A stretch of 64,000 nucleotides of DNA from Paraphysomonas bandaiensis (GCA_965644295.1 CBFFRP010000445.1:1-64000); one strand, 5' to 3'; positions 37,336-50,621 are shown, counted from the stretch's first letter. The notes: generated by a model from the letters alone, not told the origin. Numbers and translations are program-made.

Positions 37336-40300
37336 ATGGAGAATCCCAATAAAACAACGAAAGGGGCGATGGATAAGACAACATATGAAGATTTAGAGAT
37401 TATAGGACATGGTTTAAACATAGATATTGTAAGTTATATACACAGACTGTATGGATGTTATATACACAGACTGTATGGATGTTATATATATACAGACTGT
37501 ATGGATGTTATATACACAGACTGTATGGATGTTATATATACACAGACTGTATAGCTGATATATATACACAGACTGTATGGATGTTATATATATACAGACT
37601 GTATGGATGTTATATATACACAGACTGTATAGTTGTTATATATATACGCAGTATGGATGTTATATATACACAGACTGTATAGAAGTTATATATACACAGA
37701 GACTGTATAGCTGATATATATACACAGACTGTATGGATGTTATATATACGCAGTATGGATGTTATATATACACAGACTGTATAGCTGATATATATATTTA
37801 ACCTTTAAGTTTTAGACGGATCGTAATATAAAGATGTTAGCTGCTAGCAAAATACGGCAGGTAGTACATTATAGAATGATAATATTCGGTTTAATATCCA
37901 ATTATATGTATAGTTACTTGTATCGAATAATAATTTGTTGATACAAGAGATTTTACGTCGTAATTGGATTCCTCTGTTGTTAAGTTGGTTGGTGGAAGGG
38001 GCGGAATTACCTCTACAGATTGGAGCCTTATGGGCTCTAACTAACATCGCTGCTGGCCCTCCAGAACATACACATACACTCATACGCCATGGATCTATTC
38101 CAATCCTCCTGGGCCTACTCACTTCAGATAATGACGAAATTCTTGAGCAGTCCGTGTGGGTATTAGGGAATATAGCCGGCGAAGGTGTGTCTTCTCGTGA
38201 TGCAATTCTGGCGGCTGGGACCGTCAACCCACTAGGTACGAAATGTGTATTATCGTCTTTTCGTAATCTGCCCTAAATATGTTTGTGTTATGTAGTGGAG
38301 TGTCTAAGCGAGCACCCGAATTCTCAGCCCCTGATGAAGATTGGAGCTTGGGCTCTGTCTAATATATGTGATGGTCAGCCCAGAAGACTGGTTGACATCT
38401 CCAACCTAGCCCCCTTATTGGCCACGGTGCGGATTATATATATGTCTTTGTATATTGTTAACTTGTTGGTGGTATAGATGCTGCACCAGACAGACCCCGA
38501 AGTTCTCAGTCACACTTGTTGGGCGCTTTCCCACCTTTGCGATGGGCCGCCCACTCACCTACGAACTATGCTTAACAGCATGCCCACACTTTGCGCAAGA
38601 CTCGTGGAGCTCCTTTCCCATAGGAGCTGGAAGATAGTAAAGCCTGCTCTACGGACTATTGGGAATATAGTGTGTGCAGAGAATGATGTGAGCTAACTAC
38701 ACAATATTTGCTAGCAATAAGTGGTGTTCATATATGTGTGCATGTATGTATGTGGTGTGGACTGATGAGTTAGTTGTGGCGCCGTAGTATAGTGGGTGGT
38801 TTTATTTGATATTATGAACAGGTCGATTACACAGAAATCGTGACGGAAGCGGGGGCTGTTCAGAGTCTATGTGGCTTGGTTTCTCACAGCAACCGCGATA
38901 TACAGAAAGAGGCGTGTTGGACCCTCTCTAATATTGCAGCTGGTAAGTCAGTCGTCTGCCGTTTACGGTTAATAAATTGTACGATATTTAATGGGTTGCA
39001 CAGGGACTGTTTGTCAAATCCAGCGCGTGATCGATAGTGGAATTATGAGTCAGATAGTTGAGATAGCGAGAGCACCGGACACTGATCACGAGGTATGTTT
39101 TTTATGTGGCTTTTAGCATAACGTGTGATGGCCCATTAATGTCCTGTAGTTTATGTATTGCAAAATAATATATATGTAAATATATATGGCTTGTAGGTTC
39201 GTAGTGAGGCCTCTTGGGTAGTGTTAAATGCCTCTAGCTGTGGAAGTGATAAGCAAATCGAGCAACTTATAGAAACAGGGTATGAGTGAGCTAACCAGTG
39301 TTCCCATTCTCTCTGACTTGTGGATGATTATGTTACAGGAGCGTTGGGGTACTTAATGATATGTTAAGCGATAGTTCAATGCGTCTAATGGCACTAGAGG
39401 GCATCGAAAGGGTGCTTGCTATTGGTGACTCTAAGGTGCAACGGCGCATAGACGGCAACAAGACGTTGAAAGGCAACCCTTATGCCTACTTGCTGTCTGT
39501 GGAGAACATTGAGTCCCTGTATAACGTCAACAAAACAACAACCCTCGGAAAGCGACTCGGTAAAATATTTAGGGAACATTTTCTGGCTTGCGCCATATGT
39601 AGTAAGTACTACCACAAAGAGTCCGAGACTTTGAAATATTGCGAGGAATGCAAAGGCCATGTGTGCAGTAACTGTGACTGCCGACGGTACCATCTAAGTT
39701 ATCAGGAGGTAGTTTGGGGAGAGATTGAGAGCCTTGAGGACAATATGAAAAATGCAAAGAAAGCAAGTAAGAAGCAGAAGAAGAAAAAGCAAAAAGCGAA
39801 ACAAAAAGGCAAGAAAACTGCTAATGATATAGAACGGGATGATGAGAAGGAGGAAGATAAGAAAGATTGTAAAGCAGACGAGAGTGTAGTGAGTGGTCGA
39901 TCTGAAAATCCTGCGAAGCTTGAGGTGAAGTCCGCTCCGAGTGAAGTGATTGAAAAGGAGGTATCCAAACCAACCACGCCTGGTGGTGTGTGGGGAAATC
40001 CCCCAAGTATATTGAGATCTACAGCCCTTGCTGCACCAGTACAAGAAGAGGAATTCACAGCGGTCAGAGGTAGAAGGAAGGGGTCTAAATCCAGTAGCAG
40101 TACACGTGAACGGAATGAATCTCAAGGTAGTACCCGGTCACCTGGTATATCTCTAGTAGATGCATTTCCCCCGTATCCACAAGGTCCTGGGAACTCCAGC
40201 ACCTTATCAACAGCACCCTCAAATAGCACACCGGGAGGGCGATATGCGGACGTTTTGCTGAATGCACACTCTGAGCCAGTGCCGAGTAACCAATCTCCTA

Positions 40301-41499
40301 TGGATTTTCCTCCTCTTGCAGCCCCCTCGCCGACCACACAGAAACAATCCTCGACTAGTGTTAGCTCTGCCACGACATCTGCTGTAAAGAAGTCCCGATC
40401 TCAACTCAAGAAGGAGAGTAAAGCCCTCAAGAGTGCGCAGGCAGCCAGTGAAGCTGCTGCAATGTCGTATGCAACTATAGCCGCAGCTGCACGGTCAGCT
40501 GCATTAAATTCTTCTAGTCAGACGTCCCCGATTCACTCTCACAGCAAGTCGCCAGTCGCTCAAGCTCAAAGCAAGTCCATACCCCAGTCTGCTGGTCAAG
40601 GTCAGGTCAAGGGGGGTTCAGACCTCCAGGTGCAGGATAAAGATATAACACCCCTTCCTCAACCGGCTAAGATCGATTCGCACCCTGCAGTTCCGCCAGG
40701 GAGCAGAGCGACCCCCTCTCAACTGAAGTCCACGAGAGGTACTGCCCAACCAGAGATAGCCGCCCCTAGTAAACCTTCCCAGAAGTCATCCACTGCAGAA
40801 GCTGAGCCACAACCTCTTTCCGAGCCCCAGAATAAGGTTAACCAAAGCACACGATCTTTAGTAGCACAGATTGCATCCCCAGCTGTTCAAGACAATGATT
40901 TGGGAGGGCAGTCACAGGTCAGATGTGATAAGAGTGTAAATATAGCCGAGAGTCCGAGCGGCGTTACTGCGCCATCTCAGGCAGTTCCTGAGGAGCCAAA
41001 TGCTCCCACTTCTGTCTGTCCTCCTGATACTGATGCTCCACATGTGATTCCATATTTGGGACTCGGCGATGACTCTTCCTTTTCGCTTGGACATCTTCCA
41101 ATGTCTGCCGCACCTACTGTAGAACCTTTGAGCAATCTACTGCCCAACCCTTCCACTTCTTACACTTCCAGCCACGCCCCAGATATGACTATACCGATAA
41201 CTAATCAGACCCCTGCATACACGTTGAGCAGAAGCCCATTGGTTTCACCGGAAAACCATCCGAGTGGCCCGCACGCCACGCCATCTGCGACTGCCCCCAT
41301 GCAGAGCAGTAGCATGTATGTAGATAGCAGCTATGACGATGACCAGGACTACTTACACACCCGACACGCAGAGATGCTTCTCGGCGACGATGATGATGAT
41401 ATTCGATACAGTGGCTCAGAATCCGCTGAGTTAGTTGAGTTTTTGCAAGAAACGGGGTCAATAGTGGCATTAGCTGAAAAACTTGGATTTAGAAAGTAG
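37336..41499 (+). CDS. Importin-alpha-like ARM-repeat protein with C-terminal Cys/His cluster and long low-complexity tail
   Basis: ARM motifs WALTNIAAG, EQSVWVLGNIAGE, WALSNIC, PALRTIGNIV, KEACWTLSNIAAG; last exon 39339-41499 with CAICSK...CEECKGHVCSNCDCRRYH. Confidence 0.85.
37433..37795. repeat. ~25-bp minisatellite (tatatacacagactgtatggatgt) in importin intron 1
   Basis: Over a dozen degenerate copies. Confidence 0.92.
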
Positions 41500-41648
41500 A
41501 TCATACATATAGTTTTCATAATAATATATATATATTATAATACATAATTAGGTAATCTGGATCTCTGGGTGCACGGAACAATTTGAGTGTGTGTTATTTT
41601 CACGTTCTCAATATCTATTGGCATATACTCATAGTGTGTTTACAGCAC

Positions 41649-41676
41649 CAGGGCCTGATAACCATTAATGGCCCTG
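41649..41676. mobile_element. 28-bp remnant of the cagggcctg MITE family
   Basis: cagggcctgataaccattaatggccctg, flanked by tacagcac / tacagccc (7/8 TSD). Confidence 0.55.
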
Positions 41677-41959
41677 TACAGCCCTGTATATATTGTATAT
41701 AAGAGCAGTGAAAGTCCTCGTCATTGAATAATATGCCGATCAGGTTTGCATAATAATTGTAGTTTGGACAGCAAATCATAATTGCAAGTGTAATCGACTA
41801 CAGCTTCAATTAATTGATAAAAAAATACTGTCAATTTGACACTGGTGGCAAGGTATAATTGAAGTGCGTATATTGGTTATTACACATAATCAAAAGCAAA
41901 ACAAACTACATATATGTATCTAATTAAAGGTTAAAGTTACAATAGATCCATTAACATTA

Positions 41960-43500
41960 ACGCTTCTCTACAAGGCGACCAAAAAGCATCTTGGCCTCTG
42001 TCGTGGTAAAAGACTTTAGATTGCCTGTGCATCGCTATACAGAAAGGCACTCCGACTGGGGTATATGGCTATCGCACCGAAAAGAATATACCTCTCCCTC
42101 CAACATAACGAACTAGAGGCATGGAACGCTTCTCTGACTAGGCCCAGGAACAGCAGTGGGGCACCCTCCAGAAAACAGTTATCCTAGTAGGCACAGCCAA
42201 GAATTTTGTCCCAGACAATAGTACCAAGTCCTGCACTCTAAGATTCCGTGAATGGAGTGCAGAAGTGGGCCGGCGAGCACATTTTCACTGCGGAAATGTT
42301 GAACCTCGTCGACCTCTCCGCTCTGGTTGTCTCATTCTGGTGGTGCGGCGATCGTGTGGCTACCACCGGAGTGCGCTTGGGAATAATGTGGTCGTACTAA
42401 ACAACTTCTTATGCGTACGAACTACGAGAGTAGTTGTCACAGCACTCATACTATCCTCACATGCTCCTGTCCACATCCCTACTACTGCAAGGCTGTATGC
42501 ATGAGAACTGGGGAAGCACTCTCCACACGATGACGCGCACTTGAACATCATGCTAACGGAATCTTCCTCGAGAGTATCGCAACGACCACAACGTGCACCA
42601 CAAGAGGACCATTAATTGGGTCCGCTCACACGCCTGTGATGGATCTCAATGGACTTATAAAGACAAAGGAATTCACATAGTAGATGCGGTTGCAGGGGGT
42701 GTAAATGGTTGGAGATTGACCGCATGATGTTAGGCCGCAACAATTACACTTTCTGTAAAATTGATGTTGGCAGAGTCATGGAACGTATAATATACTCATA
42801 TACTCACGTCCGGAATATGGCACTGGTGTCTGTCCGGAACACGCCGGCTGTATCTTACCCACACCCCATGATCACTGATTTCCAATCTCTTTACGATTAA
42901 TGGACTTAAGAGAATTACACTTCCCTCCGTGACCAACTCTACGGTCATAATCTGGATCGTGCATCTGGATACTGGAAGGATGGCGGCGCCTTACTTCCGC
43001 AAGAACTGGCCCTAGCTGGCTGCGGCAGAACTAAGGTCAAGGACTGTTCATAACTAAGACAAAACGCACACTCAATACAGCTCTGACATGGGACAAATCC
43101 TATAGAAATGGTAGGAATTTATAGGGCCGAAATAAAAACTCGAACATATGGTGTGTCTTGATTGCCCACACGTCTCCATCTCTCAGATACAATAATGCCG
43201 TGGGCGAGAATCCGCCTTTCAGAGAAACTCCTAATTGACACAACCCTACCACCTTGGAAATTTTCCAGTAGAGCCTGGAGTACCTCACTTCCGCGGGTTA
43301 AACGATTCTGGACAGGAACTATTACCGAGGCTCCCCCTCAATTCAGGTGGACTACTATACGTGCCTTTGATAAAGCAGTTGTTATCCTCCTTCAACCGCT
43401 TTACAATGCAGCCAAAAACGTAGTGGGCGTCACGCTGCCAACCCTAAGGGGCCACGTCGACTCCCCTCTAGATCCATTTTTAATTTTTAATGTCAAAAAT
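41960..43500 (+). mobile_element. Probable decayed retroelement-derived or pseudogene sequence
   Basis: GC-richer block of broken, Trp-rich reading frames without introns; no diagnostic RT or EN motif recognised. Confidence 0.3.
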
Positions 43501-44306
43501 TAAGTCTGAATAAATGGCACTTTATGTTAGAGATTGACGTGGTTCCTTGATCACAGTCCTACAACATCATAATTTCAATATATTATATTCAGTCAATACT
43601 GTGCTACTACAAAAAAATATAATTTAATATGGCAGCGGATGGAAATATGACGAATGTAGCCTCAGGCTCAAAGGTCACAAAGGAACGTCATATAAATTTA
43701 GTAAGGACAAATAGGAGTGTCCAACAGATACACAATATCTTGCGTGTTGTGGTTAAAGTGTATACTGGCCCTCATACTATCACGCAATTATGATTAATAA
43801 TATTAAAGTGACTGCGCACATACACCGCTACCTCATATCTCTTGTATATATGACCATATTGCATAGTAGTTGCGTACGATACGCCAGATGAAGCATTGCT
43901 TGCTTTTTCACTTGTTCACCACCAACTTATTGCTTTCAGTTGTTGCAACTATTGATAAGACCCAATGTATTTCTCATAATTGTACTGTCTACTTTGACCG
44001 ATTAATCGTTATTTATGCCTGAGAGGCAGGCATTGACACCGAAACTTATCAAGCGCATGGGGACTGGGGACATGATATTATAAGTATTTTCAACTGACTG
44101 ACACGATAACAAAAAAACAAAAAAACTTAAAAATAGCACGAGTTCTAAAAACTGTTTATTAAATCAGCACATCATGACTATATTTTGGAACAGATTAATA
44201 TTCCGCAACAATTTCTAGCAGCCAGGTTGGTAAAGCATCCATTTGTTCCAGCATTGAAAAACTATGGACACACAAATAACACAGTGCATGTACCAATCTT
44301 TTTTGA

Positions 44307-47300
44307 CTACTTATAGTTCTCCTCGTAGGGCTTGGCACTGGCTACAATGGGAGAGGCGGTAGAGTCGGTATATCCCCCCGCTGAAACAGTCTTTTGGTAC
44401 TCCACTTCATACTGGATCTGTGCAGACATACTGCAACATACACTGTCAAAAACGACTATTATACAGAAATAAAAGGCTCCTACCAGCCCATCATGCTATA
44501 AAAAACAAGATCAGCGATGCACTGGATGAGTCTTGCTAGCTCTCGTAGCTCAGATATGAAAATAGCTAGGATGTTGCAGATGCAGGATAGAATCTGCACT
44601 AAACTGAAGTCACAAGATATCTCCAATACCAAAGCAAGAACTTACAGCAATTACTGAAACGGATGAGCTTATTGTCGCATGGATCGTAGCCGAGGGCGTG
44701 CTTGTCCATGAGGTACATCCTGCTGGTAGACATGGATGGTCCTACACAGCAGAAAGCCTCCAGACACAAGCAAAACTCAGGACATGATTGTTCGCCAACT
44801 TGTCCAGGTTTGCAACAGCAGCACCCACTAATGTACCCCTGACAGCACACATACCTGATCCATATTATAAATACATATAAACAGGACGGGACGGGAGGGA
44901 CCTACTTGCTCATGTCGTTATCTAACACAGCAGTTCTTGCCTGATATGCGGCGCAACAAGGGCAGAAACACGAGGCGATACAACAGGGCTGACTATAAAC
45001 ACAAGAGGTTATAACATGTATATATATAGTGATGAGAGTATGCAGAGTGGTGTGTGTGTGTACAGCAGTCAGTCAGTGAGTGTGTGTGTGAGTGTATGTG
45101 TGTGTCTATGCAGAGTGGTGTGTGAGTGTACAGCAGTCAGTCAGTCAGTCAGTGTGTGTGTGAGTGTATGTGTAAGCAGTCAGTGTGTGTGTATAGCAGT
45201 CAGTGTATGTGTGTGTGTATGCAGAGTGGTGTGTGTGTGTACAGCAGTCAGTCAGTCAGTCAGTTAGTGTGTGTGTGTGAGTGTATGTGTGTAAGCAGTC
45301 AGTGTATGTGTGTGTGTAAGCAGTCAGTGTGTGTGTGTGTATAACAGTCAGTCAGTCAGTCAGTCAGTGTGTGTGTGTGAGTGTATGTGTGTGTGTGTAA
45401 GCAGTCAGTGTATGTGTGTGTATAGCAGTCAGTGTGTGTGTGTATAGCAGTCAGTCAGTCAGTCAGTCAGTCAGTGTGTGTGTGTGAGTGTATGTGTGTG
45501 TGTAAGCAGTCAGTGTATGTGTGTGTATAGCAGTCAGTGTGTGTGTGTATAGCAGTCAGTCAGTCAGTCAGTGTGTGTGTGTGAGTGTATGTATGTGTGT
45601 AAGCAGCCAGTGTATGTGTGTGTGTATAGCAGTCAGTGTATGTGTGTGTGTATAGCAGTCAGAGTGGTGTGTGTGTATAGCAGTCAGTGTGTGTGTGTGT
45701 ATAGCAGTCAGTCAGTCAGTCAGTCAGTGTGTGTGTGTGAGTGTATGTGTGTGTGTAAGCAGTCAGTGTATGTGTGGGTGTATAGCAGTCAGAGTGGTGT
45801 GTGTGTATAGCAGTCAGTGTGTGTGTGTGTATAGCAGTCAGAGTGGTGTGTGTGTATAGCAGTCAGTGTGTGTGTGTGTATAGCAGTCAGTCAGTCAGTC
45901 AGTCAGTCAGTCAGTCAGTGTGTGTGTGTGAGTGTATGTGTGTGTGTAAGCAGTCAGTGTATGTGTGTGTGTATAGCAGTCAGAGTGGTGTGTGTGTATA
46001 GAAGTCAGTGTGTGTGTGTGTGTATAGCAGTCAGAGTGGTGTGTGTGTATAGCAGTCAGTCAGTCAGTCAGCCAGTCAGTCAGTGTGTGTGAGTGTATGT
46101 GTGTGTGTATAGCAGTCAGTGTGGTGTGCGTGTATAGCAGTCAGTGTGTATAGCAGTGTGTGTCAGTGTGTATAGCAGTCAGTGTGTGTGTGTGTAAGCA
46201 GTCAGTCAGTGTGTGTATGAAGAGTGGTGTGAGTGTGTGTGTGTGTGTGTATAGCAGTCAGAGTGGTGTGTGTGTGTGTGTGTGTGTATGCAGAGTGTGT
46301 GTGTGTATAGCAGTCAGAGTGGTGTGTGTGTGTGTGTGTGTGTGTATGCAGAGTGTGTGTGTGTGTGTACAGCAGTCAGTCAGTCAGTCAGTCAGAGTGT
46401 GTGTGTGTATAGCAGTCAGAGTGGTGTGTGTGTGTGTGTAGAGTGGTGTGAGTGTGTGTGTGTGTATAGCAGTCAGTGTGTGTGTGTGTGTGTATAGCAG
46501 TCAGAGTGGTGTGTGTGTGTGTGTGTGTGTATGCAGAGTGTGTGTGTGTGTACAGCAGTCAGTGTGTGTGTGTGTGTGTGTACAGCAGTCAGTCAGTCAG
46601 TCAGTCAGAGTGTGTGTGTGTATAGCAGTCAGAGTGGTGTGTGTGTCTAGCAGTCAGAGTGGTGTGTGTGTGTGTATAGCAGTCAGTCAGTCAGTCAGTC
46701 AGTCAGTCAGTGTGTGTGTGTGAGTGTATGTGTGTGTGTAAGCAGTCAGTGTATGTGTGTGTGTATAGCAGTCAGAGTGGTGTGTGTGTATAGAAGTCAG
46801 TGTGTGTGTGTGTATAGCAGTCAGAGTGGTGTGTGTGTATAGCAGTCAGTCAGTCAGTCAGCCAGTCAGTCAGTGTGTGTGAGTGTATGTGTGTGTGTAT
46901 AGCAGTCAGTGTGGTGTGCGTGTATAGCAGTCAGTGTGTATAGCAGTGTGTGTCAGTGTGTATAGCAGTCAGTGTGTGTGTGTGTAAGCAGTCAGTCAGT
47001 GTGTGTATGAAGAGTGGTGTGAGTGTGTGTGTGTGTGTGTATAGCAGTCAGAGTGGTGTGTGTGTGTGTGTGTGTGTATGCAGAGTGTGTGTGTGTGTAT
47101 AGCAGTCAGAGTGGTGTGTGTGTGTGTGTGTGTGTGTATGCAGAGTGTGTGTGTGTGTGTACAGCAGTCAGTCAGTCAGTCAGTCAGAGTGTGTGTGTGT
47201 ATAGCAGTCAGAGTGGTGTGTGTGTGTGTGTAGAGTGGTGTGAGTGTGTGTGTGTGTATAGCAGTCAGTGTGTGTGTGTGTGTGTATAGCAGTCAGAGTG

Positions 47301-47971
47301 GTGTGTGTGTGTGTGTGTGTATGCAGAGTGTGTGTGTGTGTACAGCAGTCAGTGTGTGTGTGTGTGTGTGTACAGCAGTCAGTCAGTCAGTCAGTCAGAG
47401 TGTGTGTGTGTATAGCAGTCAGAGTGGTGTGTGTGTGTGTAGAGTGGTGTGAGTGTGTGTGTGTGTATAGCAGTCAGTGTGTGTGTGTGTGTGTATAGCA
47501 GTCAGAGTGGTGTGTGTGTGTGTGTGTGTGTATGCAGAGTGTGTGTGTGTGTGTGTGTACAGCAGTCAGTGTGTGTGTGTGTGTGTGTACAGCAGTCAGT
47601 CAGTCAGTCAGTCAGTCAGAGTGTGTGTGTGTATAGCAGTCAGAGTGGTGTGTGTGTGTGTAGAGTGGTGTGAGTGTGTGTGTGTGTATAGCAGTCAGTG
47701 TGTGTGTGTGTGTGTGTATGCAGAGTGTGTGTGTGTGTACAGCAGTCAGTCAGTCAGTCAGTCAGTCAGTCAGTCAGAGTGTGTGTGTGTCTAGCAGTCA
47801 GCGTGTGTATGTGTGTGTCTAGCAGTCAGAGTGGTGTGTGTGTGTGTGTGTGTGTGTGTTGTACCCTTTAGTGACTGCATCCATCAAGCTGATTTGAAAC
47901 TTCTTCTCACGAAGAGATTTGGGATCATCGTCTACGGGCTCACCACTGAAGCAAAGAAGACAACACACCAT
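44307..47971 (-). CDS. PLAC8-like Cys-rich membrane protein with a 2.9-kb first intron
   Basis: Exon 1 47971-47865 (MVCCLLCFSGEP...) splices in frame to 44992 (GQPCCIASCFCPCCAAYQAR); CPEFCLCLEAFCC, DPCDNKLIRFSNC, GCMSAQ; stop at 44307. Confidence 0.82.
45040..47860. repeat. Compound (GT)n/(CAGT)n/tatagcagtcag satellite with higher-order blocks, filling PLAC8 intron 1
   Basis: Directly visible; block near 45880-46640 recurs near 46670-47430. Confidence 0.95.
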
Positions 47972-48296
47972 GTTTGCAGATTGATTGTTGTTACTTTAAG
48001 AGATGTGTGTATATGTGTGTATATGTATATGTGTGTATATATGTGTGTATGTATGTGTATATATATGTGTGTATATACTCCTCACACTGCTGTCTGCAAT
48101 CTGCAGACACCACACCACAACAAAGTATAAAAACTAGAGTTTATATACAGCAACACCAAAATATCCCTTATTTTCTCATTTTTTCCAGACCTTTCTAGAG
48201 ATCCGCATGATATGCCCACCATATCCATCATATCTATAGACATACCTACTGTACCTACATGTACCTAACCTACCTACATAAAGTACCTACCTACTC

Positions 48297-48360
48297 TACA
48301 TACATACATACATACATACATACATACATACATACATACATACATACATACATACATACA

Positions 48361-48394
<34 letters not shown>

Positions 48395-48430
48395 CGTACA
48401 TACATACATACATACATACATACGTACATA
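48297..48430. repeat. (TACA)n microsatellite
   Basis: Tetranucleotide run abutting the inverted array-gene copy. Confidence 0.95.
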
Positions 48431-48850
48431 CGTACATACGTACAGCAGTGTCCGTTGACTGAGTGTGAAGTGGGGTGGTCTTGGACAGAAGCGTATATAC
48501 TTCTTTAGATGAAGTCTCTCTATACGATGAAGTTTGTTGCTGTGGAGGTCATTGATTTGACTTCAATTCAACCTGGTATCTTGAAGGGTCACTATGAAGT
48601 ATCCACATGTATGCCAATAGATTCGACACTTGGACAGAGACATGCGTGTGTTCCTCCCAGTCAGAGTCACACTATACGCAGCCCACCACTTAAGAGAAGA
48701 AGAATGCGTAGAGGTAGAGCGAGAGGAGATGAGAGAGATGGAGATAGAGGTCCGCAGATTGCAGGAGAGTATACGGAGATAATGTTTCGAAGACTATCAG
48801 ATGCTGACATCAATGCCTTACATGCCGCAGTAGACACACAGCGAACCCAC

Positions 48851-49165
48851 ATGATCACTATGGACACCTCGCTATATAGCAGTGCACATATTCGTAGCGT
48901 CTGTTCACAAGCATCAGATCAGCTGATTGCACTTGTGTTCACTATAGTGGCCAATCAATGTCAAGCGCATATCAGTTTTCTATGTGGAATTAATGCTATT
49001 ACCTCCACCGACGGCAATAGCATTAACCCCACATAGATAAGCCATATGCGCTTGACATTGATTGGCCACTATAGTGAACACAAGTGCAATCAGCTGATCT
49101 GATGCTTGTGAACAGACGCTACGAATATGTGCACTGCTATATAGCGAGGTGTCCATAGTGATCAT
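48851..49165. other. Long hairpin: 122-bp perfect arms plus imperfect inner stem, about 15-nt loop
   Basis: 48851-48972 is the reverse complement of 49044-49165; inner tctatgtgg..ttaatgctatt pairs with aatagcattaa..ccacataga. Confidence 0.93.
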
Positions 49166-49267
49166 ATGGGTGTGCCGTAAATAGGGGATGAGCCGACAAC
49201 GATGCTGAATTATAATCAATAAGCATGTCTTACTGCATCAATTGCAAGTCACTTATTGATTTTGTTT

Positions 49268-49587
49268 GGAATATATCAGTGCCTTACACGCCTTAATAGA
49301 CACACACCGAATATGTTGTAACGCACCAATATCATGTCGCATCTCCTCAGTAACACCAACGTAACGTTGAGGAGATGCGAAATGCTATTGGTGCGTTACA
49401 ACACAACATGGATGAGGTTCAAAAACCGGAATATATCAGTGCCTTACACGCCTTAATAGACACACACCGAATATGTTGTAACGCACCAATATCATGTCGC
49501 ATCTCCTCAGTAACACCAGCGTAACGTTGAGGAGATGCGAAATGCTATTGGTGCGTTACAACGCAACATGGAGGAGGCTAAAAAACG
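49268..49587. repeat. 160-bp tandem duplication, each copy containing a ~90-nt hairpin
   Basis: tgttgtaacgcaccaata..tcgcatctcctca / tgaggagatgcga..tattggtgcgttacaaca at 49314-49403 and about 49474-49562. Confidence 0.9.
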
Positions 49588-50621
49588 CAATACTATATAC
49601 ACTGCCCGGTTAATGTATGGCAGTTAGGGGATGAGCCGACAATGGTGCTGAATTATAATTTATAAGCCATTAGCATGTTGGTTTTCTGTAAATTACTGCA
49701 ATAATTTCAAGTCACTTATTGATTGGCAGCATTCGGTTCGGATTTATTGAAGAGTGGATTTTATAATAAGAATGTGATGATTAAACCAAGTAATGTATAG
49801 ATTTTTATTAAAATTCCGGCGTATTCTTTGTGTATCGGCGCCAAGCAAGCTCTAGCTAGATCTAAACTCTAAACTATACTTGCATAGTCATATGACATTA
49901 CGAGAAACCCCGCGCATTTTCTAGGGAAGGGGGGGGCGGCCAATACCACGCTAGTCCTATAATGAGGCTTTAATGGGCACGACAAACTCCGTGTAATTAC
50001 AAAGAGGATGAGTCTTGCATAACTGTGAGAAATCCTGCGTAATCTTAGCGAAGGTGAACGCGGGTAGGGCGGAAACAGAATCTGCGCGTGATCTATGTGG
50101 TTCGCTACGTTGGTACATGCACTGATAGGCATCAGCTCTTATTACAGATAGAAGGAGCATATTTCTTTCCACTGGAGGAACGAAGAAGTGAAATATTATT
50201 GTGTACGTAAGAGTTGATATTCATGCATCCATGAGAAATGTGATCGATGAACATAAGCATGCGGTAGATGCGTACAGGCTCATGTGTATATTGTTATTAT
50301 TGCGTTAGTTTGTTAATGAATAATATAAAATTAATTTGGACGTGACCATTGAGGGATTATCATATTATCATCATAGCCTTTTGTCTTGTGACATATTCGC
50401 AAAAGTCTACAAATTGTGTTTGTCTAAATGAATCGTAGTAGTCGTCAAACAATTCAGAAGCGAAGGTGTACAGACCAATATCCGGAACATTAAAATTAAC
50501 TGTTACCTTCACAGAATGCTGTATTCTGGTTCGGTACGTCACATATTCTGTAATTTCTCGCTCCACCACGAAAACATTTCATCAATGCAGTAACTACATT
50601 TATATTTGTCATCTATATCTT

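Larger units (their letters stand above)
48430..50130 (+). pseudogene. Inverted, rearranged copy of the array unit (coiled-coil gene and downstream sequence)
   Basis: 48430-48880 is near-identical to the reverse complement of 19270-19715; later parts are diverged and reshuffled. Confidence 0.88.

Noticed and set aside
50360-50569. 69-aa minus-strand ORF
   Set aside because: GTG start, no recognisable family and no convincing splice partners
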